Assembly: GCA_049521795.1 (NCBI GenBank)
Contig: JBEKOM010000004.1
Span: 1 to 64,000, forward strand
Direction of reading: 5' to 3'
DNA from: Candidatus Bathyarchaeia archaeon
GTDB lineage: Archaea > Thermoproteota > Bathyarchaeia > Bathyarchaeales > Bathycorpusculaceae
Length of the DNA stretch: 64,000 bases
This document shows, in pieces, positions 39,478-48,703 of the stretch. The translations under genes and the position numbers were made by a program. The notes under the pieces are model-generated. The model did not search any database and had not been told where the DNA came from. It was given only the letters and a program-made list of their open reading frames with translations. Positions within the stretch are counted from its first letter, which is position 1. The number at the start of each line of letters is the position of its first letter.

Positions 39478-42453
39478 TTGTCTTTTGGGTCGAGGCACGA
39501 GAATACCTGCAACGCTTTGCTTTGTGAAGAATTACGAAGTTTAGGTATTGAAGCCTTTTTTGAAGAACATTATCTAACTCGATTTGGAAGGAATAAGCCG
39601 GATATTCATGCAACATACAATAAGCTGAGCTATCTAATAGAAGGAAAGCAAAAACCACGAAAGCTCGTTGATGCTGTAAGCAAAGCGTACACTTATCGAG
39701 AAAGGCTGAGGTTCGCGTCTCCAAAAGCTGTCTTTGCTGTGCTCTATCCACCGGATTGCCTTGGCTCTTGCGATGCAGCAGTTTTGCTAGACATACCACC
39801 TTTCTATATTTCATACACGGCAAAATCGCTGAAAGACCTGGCTACTTGGATTCACAGCATGATAGTCTCACCGCCTGTTTCTGCCGAGTTCAATACTTCA
39901 GATGCTATCAAGTTGCTACGAGAAGCCGTGCTTGGAATATCCGAGGCGTTTGCAGAAGTTGAAGCAAAAGATGTGGCTGAGATCTTTGGAGGGAAATTGT
40001 TTTTCGAGACTGTCTTGGGAATCAAGGAAGAAAGAGAGATTCCAATACAGTATCTTAGAGATGCTGCTTCTTACTTGTTGGCTAATCAAATTCTCTTCTA
40101 CCAGATTCTGGCTAAAGAAAAGAAGGAACTAATCAGATACAGAGAAATCGACCCTGAGAAACTGCAATCCCCCTTGGAACTGCAGGCGGAGTATTTCTCC
40201 AAAGTGCTACTTGAAGATTATAAACCAGTTTTTGGATTTAACGTTACATCGAAAATGAAGGGGTCGAAGGCCCTTGAAGCAATTAAGGTTACTGTTGATT
40301 CGGTCAATGCCTTGTCGCCTGAGGCCCTAGGTCATGATATACTCGGCAAAATATTCCACAATCTCATTCCCTTCGACCTGCGGAAAGTGGTAGCAGCATT
40401 CTATACGAATATTCAGGCAGGGGAACTGTTGGCCACCTTGGCTATTGAAAAACCTGACGCGTCGGTCTTAGACCCAGCTTGTGGTTCTGGGACTCTATTA
40501 GTCTCTTCTTATCAAAGAAAAAAAGGCCTGATGGAAAAGAGAGGCGAACGTTTCAATTTCCAACATCACAAACGGTTTCTCGAGGAAGAAATAACCGGCA
40601 TAGATATTATGCCATTTGCGGCTCATTTGGCTGCTATTCATCTTTCACTTCAAGCTCCCCTTTACACCACCGACTTCGTCCGAGTTGCGATTCAGGATTC
40701 TACGAGTTTAAGACCAGAAATGATTATTTCACCGGCTCAGGAAGTTCTCAAAGAGGCATTCAAGCAGAGGAAGATTACCGAAAGTTACCGGAAGCCGACT
40801 AATGAATCAAATGAAAAAGTGTCAGTAGGTATAGTCGAGCTTTCAGAGCATTCAACATCTAAGCCGATAGAGCTGAGCAAAGTTGACCTTGTGATTATGA
40901 ATCCGCCATTCACAAGATTCCAAAGAATACCTTCAGCTTATAAGACACTACTTGTGAGGAGATTCTCTGAGGCGAAGTACAAGAAATGCTTGCACGGCCA
41001 ACTAGGATTACACGGTTACTTTCTGTTGCTAGCTGATAGATTCATTAGAAATGAGGGTAGACTTGCTGCTGTTCTTCCTATCACAACACTGTCGGCAAAA
41101 GGGCTGTATGAAGTTCAAGATATTTGGTTCAAAAACTATAGTATTGAGCATCTAGTCGTCTGCGAAGGGCGGTCAGCATTTTCTGAAAACGTCCTTACGC
41201 GAGAAATCCTGTTGGTCGCCAAGAAAACGAAACCACGAGATAACAAGATAGGAGTCTCTGTGCTTAGAGTCTCGCCAGACACGATTTCGATTGCAGAAGC
41301 ACGCTCTCTGGCAGAAACATTCAAGGAACTGAGAAAAAATAACCAAGTTGGCGCGACGGTCGACTCTGAAAAATATCTGTTCAGGCTGTTGTCGCAAGAA
41401 GAAGTTGGAAGAAACAGGAGAGGTCTTTTCAGAGCAATCTCGATGTATCGCAAGGACATCATAGAACTTGCTGACAGAATCGAAAAGCTTTTTGAAGAAT
41501 CTGGAAAAGCAATAACCTTTGGCAGCTACCTCAAGACTGTCAAAGGCGAAATACATGAGAGCCCTAGAGGAATAGAGCGCTTAGGCTACTATGGATTATC
41601 TATTGTCAGTGAAGAAGAACGTGCTCTCAAAAAGCACGATTTTTGGTACGTGAAACAAAAAGCCCAAAAGAAACTAAAGATAGAGAATCGCTTTTCACAC
41701 CTAATTTTCGACATACCGGAAAACTGCGTTGTTCCAAACATTAGACGATACGCCGGACTTAGGAATTTCGATATTAGCCGCGAAACAGATTATGTGGTCA
41801 TAAGACCCTTTGATAGGCTCAAAGAGTTTCTCAATGCGAGCGACATTAAGATTGAGGAAAGAAATGGAGCTCTGAGACATGTTAGAGATGGACAGTGGGA
41901 ACAGTTCGTCAGAGACCATTCTTCTAAACTTGCTCTATTCTATCGAGTGGACATAACCGGAACTGGCACACGCAATCTGGCATTCTTCTCGGACGAAAGA
42001 ATGTTCTTTGGAGGCTCATTGTGGGATATTGAAATCAAGGATGATGCTCAGAACAAGCTACTTTGTCTTTGGTTCAACAGCACGCTGAGCTTGTTCCAAG
42101 TACTCACTGAGAGGAAGGAAACTCGCGGAGGCTGGATTTGGCTTGATAATTATGTGCTTAGTGAATTTACGATACCCAATTTTGCGCGTCTGTCCAAACA
42201 TGAAGTTGAAAGACTGCTCAAGGTCTTTGACAAATATGGAAAGACCTCAATGCCAAACCTGCTGGAACAACTTCAAAAAAACAACAACGTTAGAGGCGAA
42301 ATCGACCGAGCATTCTTGCAGTTACTAGGTATGTCTGCAAAGGAAGTCGCTGGTTTCTTGGGCAATCTGTACACTGTTGTGGCTCGGGAAATTAGCACAC
42401 TCAAAGAGGTCATGGCTGAGGGCAGACCACAACGAGAAGAGGACCTAAGCTAG
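39478..42453 (+). CDS. Type IIG-like fused restriction endonuclease / N6-adenine methyltransferase / TRD
   Basis: N-terminal PD..IEGK nuclease motif, FYT, motif I DPACGSG, GIDI, motif IV NPPF, long C-terminal specificity region. Confidence 0.88.
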   Translation: MSFGSRHENTCNALLCEELRSLGIEAFFEEHYLTRFGRNKPDIHATYNKLSYLIEGKQKPRKLVDAVSKAYTYRERLRFASPKAVFAVLYPPDCLGSCDAAVLLDIPPFYISYTAKSLKDLATWIHSMIVSPPVSAEFNTSDAIKLLREAVLGISEAFAEVEAKDVAEIFGGKLFFETVLGIKEEREIPIQYLRDAASYLLANQILFYQILAKEKKELIRYREIDPEKLQSPLELQAEYFSKVLLEDYKPVFGFNVTSKMKGSKALEAIKVTVDSVNALSPEALGHDILGKIFHNLIPFDLRKVVAAFYTNIQAGELLATLAIEKPDASVLDPACGSGTLLVSSYQRKKGLMEKRGERFNFQHHKRFLEEEITGIDIMPFAAHLAAIHLSLQAPLYTTDFVRVAIQDSTSLRPEMIISPAQEVLKEAFKQRKITESYRKPTNESNEKVSVGIVELSEHSTSKPIELSKVDLVIMNPPFTRFQRIPSAYKTLLVRRFSEAKYKKCLHGQLGLHGYFLLLADRFIRNEGRLAAVLPITTLSAKGLYEVQDIWFKNYSIEHLVVCEGRSAFSENVLTREILLVAKKTKPRDNKIGVSVLRVSPDTISIAEARSLAETFKELRKNNQVGATVDSEKYLFRLLSQEEVGRNRRGLFRAISMYRKDIIELADRIEKLFEESGKAITFGSYLKTVKGEIHESPRGIERLGYYGLSIVSEEERALKKHDFWYVKQKAQKKLKIENRFSHLIFDIPENCVVPNIRRYAGLRNFDISRETDYVVIRPFDRLKEFLNASDIKIEERNGALRHVRDGQWEQFVRDHSSKLALFYRVDITGTGTRNLAFFSDERMFFGGSLWDIEIKDDAQNKLLCLWFNSTLSLFQVLTERKETRGGWIWLDNYVLSEFTIPNFARLSKHEVERLLKVFDKYGKTSMPNLLEQLQKNNNVRGEIDRAFLQLLGMSAKEVAGFLGNLYTVVAREISTLKEVMAEGRPQREEDLS

Positions 42454-42482
42454 CGGACATCGTTCGATTGCTAGGGCGGCTT

Positions 42483-42524
42483 ATGGATAGTTTAAGCTTT
42501 TCGCGCAAACCTTAAACTATCCAT
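42483..42524. repeat. 42-bp near-perfect palindrome (14-bp perfect arms)
   Basis: ATGGATAGTTTAAG-cttttcgcgcaaac-CTTAAACTATCCAT. Confidence 0.9.
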
Positions 42525-42721
42525 GCAGACGGAGACGACAGGAGAAAAGGAGCTTTTTTCAGGCAGTAAATAGATTGTATATAATTATCGTAACGCGCGT
42601 AGAATCAAAAGGTTCAGCAGGAACAAAAGAAACAAATCGCGCGCCACTGTGGATAGGGCTCACCTCGAGGCACTCGGGAAGGCGCGCGCTTGAGTAGCCG
42701 TCCTTTTTCTCCTCTATTCCA

Positions 42722-45442
42722 ATGGTAGTGATGTCATTACAAAAAGTCTTATACTTCGGCTGTGAAGAACAAATCGGAGTTCGGCTGTTGGATATTGGAC
42801 TGCAAACGCTTCTAGTACTGGTTCCTGTTACGGCAGGTGCAATCCTGTTCTTTGTCCTACGTCGAAAGCAACGATTAGCACGACTCATCCAGAAGCTGGT
42901 CGAAAAACACGAAGAAATCGTGCAAGCAATCGCCTCTTTTCACTCACTACTTGCTTCAGATGGATACTTGTCAAAACTCGATTGCTCACTTTGGCACGAG
43001 AAGTGGGATTATTTGAGCCCCCTAGTCGAAGAAGGCAGTAAAAGAAAAACAGGGATAGAGTATCCAGAAAAACTGAAAGAGTTGTGGTCCATCTTCGAAA
43101 ATGGCGGCTCACTCATCAAGAGAAAGAATGAAGAATACGTGAAGAGCGAACTCGCAAAATTCAAGACATTCTTTGATGACTTCGAAGCCAACCCCCTCAC
43201 AGAAAGACAGAGACAGGCAATAGTCATTGAAGAAAAGCACAACCTAGTTGTGGCGGGCGCGGGAACAGGAAAGACAAGTACTCTCCTCGGAAAGGCAGGT
43301 TATATACTCCAGAAAAAACTCGCAGAATCTGATGAAATTCTGCTGATTGCATTTGCCCGAAAAGTCAGAGACGAACTTGAAGAGAGAACACTTAGGAAAC
43401 TAGGGAGAGAAATCGCAATAGAAACTTTCCATAGCTTGGGTCTCGATATTATTGCAGATGTTGAGAAGCGCAAGTTGTCCGTCTCCGAGCTTTCTACAGA
43501 CAAACTGAAACTCCAGAACGCTATTCTGCGTTTCATAAAAGAAAGACTTGGAGACCCCAAGTTCCTCCAGAGAATAGTCGAATACTTCGCTTTCTACGCA
43601 ACTCCTTACAAGAGCATGTTCGATTTCAAATCCAAAGGTGAATACATCGATTATCTACGGAATCAGGAAGTTCGTTCCCTGAAAGGGGACTTGGTGAAGA
43701 GCCTAGAAGAATGCAATATTGCGAATTTCTTGTACATGAATGGAATCGACTATTCTTATGAGAGGGACTATGAAGCCAACGTTGCTTCCAGGCAACGCCG
43801 TCAGTACAAACCAGATTTCTATCTACCAAAATACGGCGTCTACATAGAACACTTTGGCGTGGACAGGAATGGCAATACTGCTCCCTTCGTCGACAGAGAG
43901 AAATATCTTGAGGATATGTCCTGGAAGAAGCGCACACATCAAGAAAACGGCACAAAACTGATTGAGACGTTTAGTTGGGAAGCATCCGAAGAAGTTCTGC
44001 TTGACAATCTTGAGAGCCATCTTGCTGCATTTGGCGTAGAATTCGCTCCTATTCCAGAAGAAAAGATGTTTGACAAATTAAACAAGCTTGGTCTTATCCA
44101 TCCTTTCGCTGGATTATTGGGCTCTTTCTTAAACCTATTCAAGTCCTCACAGAAATCCTTTCAGGAACTACTCGAACAGGTCAAAACCCAGTCAGACCGT
44201 GAGAGAAACAAGGCGTTCATAGAGATTTTCTCGGAAATCTATGCGGAATATCAGAAGAGTCTTGGCGATGAGATTGACTTCAACGACATGATAAACAGAG
44301 CAGAGCAACACGTATCCAGCGGTTCCTACCATTCGAAGTTCAAATACATATTAGTCGACGAATTCCAAGACATATCATACAATAGGTACAAGCTTCTGAA
44401 GGCATTGCTCTCCAACAATCTACATTCTAGACTCTTTGCCGTGGGAGATGACTGGCAATCTATCTACAGGTTCACTGGCAGCGACGTATCAATAATGACT
44501 GATTTCAACCAACATTTCGACCCTTCCGAATGCCTGGAACTAGACAGGACTTTCAGATTCAGTGACAGAATCTGCGATTTCTCTTCAAAGTTCATCCTTA
44601 AAAACCCGAGCCAAATAAGAAAAAAACTCACTTCCAACATAAAGTCCGAGGGTCCCGCAGTCACATTGTTATGGAGCGACAACACTGAAGACAGCATAAA
44701 GGAAGCTCTTCATCGCATTAAGTCCTCCGAAAAGAACGGAACGCGAGTCCTCATCATCGGTAGATACAATCACCAACAACCATCAAATCTAGACGTTCTT
44801 CGCAGAATGTTTCAAGGGCTTGACATTAACTACATAACTGCTCACAGTTCAAAAGGAAAGGAGTCAGATTGCGCCATCGTCATTGGATTAACTTCGCAAG
44901 GTTATGCATTTCCATCTCAAATTGAAGATGACCCTGTTTTGAACCTAGTACTCGCAAAGAAGGAGCCAGTGCCCAACGCAGAAGAAAGAAGACTGTTTTA
45001 CGTAGCGGTAACACGTGCAAGAAAACACGTCTACTTAATAGCGAACAGAACTAACCCGTCTGTGTTTGCAGCAGAGGTCGCAAACCCCGAATATGACATT
45101 GAAATCGATGGGGATGAGGCTGAAGCTAGTACTGCCTGCCCGAGCTGCAAGACAGGGTTAATAATACAGCGTCAGGGCAAGATGGGGACATTCTACTCAT
45201 GCAGTAACTACCCTCATTGCGAATACAAACCTCGCCAATGCCCTAGATGTGGCACAGGATTTCTGCATGAAAGCAAAGAGTCGTCTGCTTTGTATGTTTG
45301 CTCAAACTCGAATTGTTCATTCAAAACCATCAAATGTCCTCGCTGCAAAGATGGCTACTTGGTTTTGAGGAAAGGCAGATACTCGCAGTTTTTTGGGTGC
45401 AGCAACTACCCAGACTGTAGATACACACAGTCAAACCGCTAA
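42722..45442 (+). CDS. UvrD/helicase IV-family helicase with N-terminal TM, embedded PD-(D/E)XK domain and three topoisomerase-type zinc ribbons
   Basis: AGAGTGKT, DEFQD, VGDDWQSIYRF, HSSKG.E, EERRLFYVAVTRA; YKPDF...IEHFG; three CPxC...CSN..C units; start may be TTG 42788. Confidence 0.9.
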   Translation: MVVMSLQKVLYFGCEEQIGVRLLDIGLQTLLVLVPVTAGAILFFVLRRKQRLARLIQKLVEKHEEIVQAIASFHSLLASDGYLSKLDCSLWHEKWDYLSPLVEEGSKRKTGIEYPEKLKELWSIFENGGSLIKRKNEEYVKSELAKFKTFFDDFEANPLTERQRQAIVIEEKHNLVVAGAGTGKTSTLLGKAGYILQKKLAESDEILLIAFARKVRDELEERTLRKLGREIAIETFHSLGLDIIADVEKRKLSVSELSTDKLKLQNAILRFIKERLGDPKFLQRIVEYFAFYATPYKSMFDFKSKGEYIDYLRNQEVRSLKGDLVKSLEECNIANFLYMNGIDYSYERDYEANVASRQRRQYKPDFYLPKYGVYIEHFGVDRNGNTAPFVDREKYLEDMSWKKRTHQENGTKLIETFSWEASEEVLLDNLESHLAAFGVEFAPIPEEKMFDKLNKLGLIHPFAGLLGSFLNLFKSSQKSFQELLEQVKTQSDRERNKAFIEIFSEIYAEYQKSLGDEIDFNDMINRAEQHVSSGSYHSKFKYILVDEFQDISYNRYKLLKALLSNNLHSRLFAVGDDWQSIYRFTGSDVSIMTDFNQHFDPSECLELDRTFRFSDRICDFSSKFILKNPSQIRKKLTSNIKSEGPAVTLLWSDNTEDSIKEALHRIKSSEKNGTRVLIIGRYNHQQPSNLDVLRRMFQGLDINYITAHSSKGKESDCAIVIGLTSQGYAFPSQIEDDPVLNLVLAKKEPVPNAEERRLFYVAVTRARKHVYLIANRTNPSVFAAEVANPEYDIEIDGDEAEASTACPSCKTGLIIQRQGKMGTFYSCSNYPHCEYKPRQCPRCGTGFLHESKESSALYVCSNSNCSFKTIKCPRCKDGYLVLRKGRYSQFFGCSNYPDCRYTQSNR

Positions 45443-45509
45443 GCCATGAGTGTGCTAGTTAGCGCGCGCATTGTCTTCATAGAGCTACTCAGATCGACGA
45501 CATCTTTGG

Positions 45510-46397
45510 TCAATACTCTAGTTCTCCATTGATGAACTTTCTGGTAATTTCACTGCGGGGGTTATTGAAAAACTCGTCCGGACCAGAGCGCTCCACAATC
45601 CTTCCATTGTAGATGTGAATTATTTCGTCAGCAAGCCTTCTTGCCTGAGCCAAATTGTGCGTAGCCATAATAATTATTTCATCCTCTCTTTTTCTGCCAG
45701 CTATAGCCCTCTCAATCATTATAGCATTGTTAGGGTCCAAATTCGCAGTAGGTTCATCCAAAAGCAAAATCCGCGGATTAAGCAAAAACGCTCGTGCAAG
45801 GGCGATTCTCTGTTGTTCTCCACCAGAGGTTTTCCTTGCCCTTCTTTTTTCGAAATTCCTCAATCCAACAACGTGCAACTCTCGAGCTATTTCTTCTTTG
45901 ATTTCGCTGTCTTTTTTTCCTCTGATTTTGAGGCCATACGCCAAGTTGCCGTAAACCGACCTATTTAACATCACTGTTTTCTGGAAAACTAGTGTCGCGA
46001 TCTGGCGCAATTTCTTTCCGTTTATGTCCTTGCCGTTGAGGAGTATTCTGCCTTTGTTCTTTTCTTCTAACCCAGCTATGATCCTTAGACATTCACCGAG
46101 ACGACCGAGCAGATCTCTAATTCTGCCTTTCTTCTTTTCTTCTAACCCAGCTATGATCCTTAGACATTCACCGAGACGGTCGACAAGACTTCTTATTTTG
46201 CCTTTGTCCCTTTCTATTCTGTCTTTGTCCATTTCTTCTAACCCAGATATTATCCTGAGCAGGGTCGTCTTCCCGGCTCCGTTGATTCCTAATAGTGCTA
46301 TTGTTTTGCCTCCAACTACTTCTAGGTTAATGTTTTCTAGGGCTTTAATTGACCCATAGCTTTTTTCTATGTTTTTGAGTTGGAGTCTTGTTTCCAT
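45510..46397 (-). CDS. tupC: Tungstate ABC transporter ATPase with an internal repeat insertion of about 57 aa
   Basis: Walker A GINGAGKT, SGGEQQR, LLDEPT, H-loop; operon context. Confidence 0.85.
   Translation of the reverse strand: METRLQLKNIEKSYGSIKALENINLEVVGGKTIALLGINGAGKTTLLRIISGLEEMDKDRIERDKGKIRSLVDRLGECLRIIAGLEEKKKGRIRDLLGRLGECLRIIAGLEEKNKGRILLNGKDINGKKLRQIATLVFQKTVMLNRSVYGNLAYGLKIRGKKDSEIKEEIARELHVVGLRNFEKRRARKTSGGEQQRIALARAFLLNPRILLLDEPTANLDPNNAIMIERAIAGRKREDEIIIMATHNLAQARRLADEIIHIYNGRIVERSGPDEFFNNPRSEITRKFINGELEY
46045..46256. repeat. In-frame tandem duplication (75-nt period) inside tupC
   Basis: 59-nt copies at 46045-46103 and 46120-46178 differ by 1 nt; a degenerate third copy extends to about 46256. 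Confidence 0.92.
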
Positions 46398-46401
46398 TGT
46401 C

Positions 46402-47190
46402 TCAGTTTTCTCCCGGTCTTAGTCTCTGTTTCAGTCTTTCCACAAGGTTAACTCCACGGTACCACAAGATCCACAGCTTCTTCCAAGGCAGATCTTTTTG
46501 TCTCAGTCTTTCCACAAGGTTAATCGTCAAGGTTATCGTGACCACTATTGCCATGAGGATAATTGCATATGCCATCGCGATGCTGAAATCTCCTAGGTTG
46601 TAGTCCAATGCAATGGAAGTTGTCAGCACCCTCGTTTCTCCCAAAAGATTTCCCCCTATCATCAAAGCCACACCGAGTTCTCCGAAACCTCTGTTGAAAG
46701 CGGCCGATACAGCTAACACCATTGACCAAACGGTTTCTCTCATTATGGCCAAATTGGTTCTGAAGCCAGATGCGCCGAGCGTTTTAGCGAGGTCTCTTAA
46801 CTGGACATCAGCAGCGCCAAGTGCACTGGCGGTGAAGCTGACGATCAAGGGTGTAATCAATATAGATTGACCAATTGCTATTCCATTAAGCGTGTAAAGA
46901 AGGTGCAGAAAGCCGAATTCTCCTAGATGCGACATGAAGAGATACAATAGTAATCCCAAGGCAACTGTGGGTATGCCTATGAGCGAGCTGAAAATGCCTT
47001 TGATCAACCACTTACCTCTAAAGGAATGTAGACCTAAAACTGTTGCTATTGGAATGCTCCATAAGCAAGATAGCAGCGTCCCAAGTCCAGTGACGTATAA
47101 TGACCTGTAGACTGTCGCGTATACCTCATTGTTCCCACTGAAGATCAATTCTAGGGCCTTCCGAATCGCCTGAACTATAACATCTTGCAT
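46402..47190 (-). CDS. tupB: Tungstate ABC transporter permease
   Basis: PTVALGL, TLGA, ELG.A.MIGGN, TRVLTT.I; duplicated NLVERL tail. Confidence 0.9.
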   Translation of the reverse strand: MQDVIVQAIRKALELIFSGNNEVYATVYRSLYVTGLGTLLSCLWSIPIATVLGLHSFRGKWLIKGIFSSLIGIPTVALGLLLYLFMSHLGEFGFLHLLYTLNGIAIGQSILITPLIVSFTASALGAADVQLRDLAKTLGASGFRTNLAIMRETVWSMVLAVSAAFNRGFGELGVALMIGGNLLGETRVLTTSIALDYNLGDFSIAMAYAIILMAIVVTITLTINLVERLRQKDLPWKKLWILWYRGVNLVERLKQRLRPGEN

Positions 47191-47267
47191 TCGAGATCAC
47201 GAAGAAAAGAAAAGATAGGATCGAATCTATGCACGCGTGCTTTGCTGGCGTCCGTCAAAGATCACGG

Positions 47268-48563
47268 TCAATCCCAACTGTTTGCGTATAAGTAGCCTGT
47301 GTCGTATCGATAAGTCGATGGACATTCGGTTGCGTTTGAAGGGATGTAAGCGTAACTCTGGATCCAGCTTAACAGCGTAGCATTGCTTCCAGTGGATATT
47401 AATGGAACGAAGGGGGCGAAAAGCGGTGCTCCAAATGTTGACGTCCCATAGGTGGCCAGCACGTTTTGGCCAGCGCTAGAAACCAGCCAATATGTGAATA
47501 GCATTGAAGCGGCAAAGTTCGTTTGCGTGAGATTAGCATTCAGCGGATTATCCACTATTACGCTGTAGACGTTCAACAAGTCTTGGTTAGCTTGAACCAC
47601 AATTTTCATCTGAATGTTTCCATTATTGGTGTTGGTCAGATATGAAGCCGTGTCTGATAGCGTGTACCCGCCTAATTCGTTGGCCACGAGCAGTGTGGCG
47701 GTCATGCCTTGTCCTGTCGATTTGAACCATGATGTTTCTGTGCTTATTTGGGTATAGTTTATGCCAGCTTTGGTCCATAACGCTATTTCTTTCGTGTTGG
47801 TTCCTGATGCGTCGGCTCTTGATACCCATATGGCTTTGCCTTGTTCTCCCAATGTTTTGATCTGTTGCAGGGCGGCGACAGGTGTCATGCCAGTTACGCC
47901 GGCGGGATCGTTTTGCGGTCCCACCATGATGAAGAAGTTGGATGCTATTATTTTGCGGTTCACACCATATCCGCCTGTTAAGAATGGCTGTTCCGAAGAA
48001 GGAGCGTGCACCATTATCATGTCTGCGTCACCTCTCATGGCTGTCTGTATGGCAGCACCAGTTCCTTGCGAAAGAAAACTAATGGTTATCCAAGGGAACG
48101 TTGCCTGAAACACCGTTTTCATCTGATCTTCCACTCCTGTTTCGTAGAGGCTGGTCGTTGACGAAACTATTAGCCTGGTGGGTGATGGTAATGTGCCTGT
48201 CCATCCAAAATGATTTGCCATTAAAATCGCGTCTAATATATTTATAATTCCGTCGTTGTTGATGTCGGCCGCAATGTTCCAATTCGGATCCCCTGGCGTG
48301 GAGAGGAAGGCATTTCCTAAGATGATTGCGTCAAGAATATTCACTTTGCCGTCGAGGTTGAGGTCTTCTTGTATGGTCCAGTTCAGCCAGTCAGGCCAAT
48401 TGCCCTGATTGACTGCACTGATGCCTATTCCCGTCGAGGCATCCTTGTTTATGGCGGGCGAATTCGCGTTTACATTCGATATCTGGTAGAAAAAGGTCAA
48501 AAGCAAAGGCAACACACAGAAACTCAGAATCAGTATTTTCTTCAATCTTAAACTCAATTCCAA
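47268..48563 (-). CDS. tupA: Tungstate-binding protein fused to an N-terminal dockerin domain
   Basis: STTS, GTG.A...A.RGDAD...VHAP, SRADASGT..KE, YTLSD, L.NVY; dockerin DLNLDGKVNILD...DINNDGIINILD; AGGAG SD before TTG 48563. Confidence 0.9.
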   Translation of the reverse strand: MELSLRLKKILILSFCVLPLLLTFFYQISNVNANSPAINKDASTGIGISAVNQGNWPDWLNWTIQEDLNLDGKVNILDAIILGNAFLSTPGDPNWNIAADINNDGIINILDAILMANHFGWTGTLPSPTRLIVSSTTSLYETGVEDQMKTVFQATFPWITISFLSQGTGAAIQTAMRGDADMIMVHAPSSEQPFLTGGYGVNRKIIASNFFIMVGPQNDPAGVTGMTPVAALQQIKTLGEQGKAIWVSRADASGTNTKEIALWTKAGINYTQISTETSWFKSTGQGMTATLLVANELGGYTLSDTASYLTNTNNGNIQMKIVVQANQDLLNVYSVIVDNPLNANLTQTNFAASMLFTYWLVSSAGQNVLATYGTSTFGAPLFAPFVPLISTGSNATLLSWIQSYAYIPSNATECPSTYRYDTGYLYANSWD

Positions 48564-48607
48564 CCATCTCCTTATCCATGAATCAATGCATATGGCAGAC
48601 AAAGGAC

Positions 48608-48631
48608 CGATATGCATTTAAAAACATTTCG
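48608..48631. promoter_or_regulatory. Putative ModE operator overlapping the tupA BRE/TATA
   Basis: CGATATGCA-TTTAAA-AACATTTCG, 24 bp with CG ends, resembles the ModE consensus CGNTATATA-N6-TATATANCG; minus strand reads CGAAATG-TTTTTAAA. Confidence 0.65.
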
Positions 48632-48703
48632 TTGATTAAAGTGCGCGCGCCACCCAGCGACTCTAAACTTTATAAGAATTATGCTACAACAATAACAGCC
48701 AGA

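Larger units (their letters stand above)
36962..45460. mobile_element. Putative defence island (no integrase seen)
   Basis: AT-richer composition by eye, truncated gene at the left edge, nuclease/R-M/helicase cargo; boundaries approximate. Confidence 0.6.

Noticed and set aside
42650-42703. Possible structured RNA upstream of the helicase gene
   Set aside because: Only short stems with several G-U pairs; no known family features
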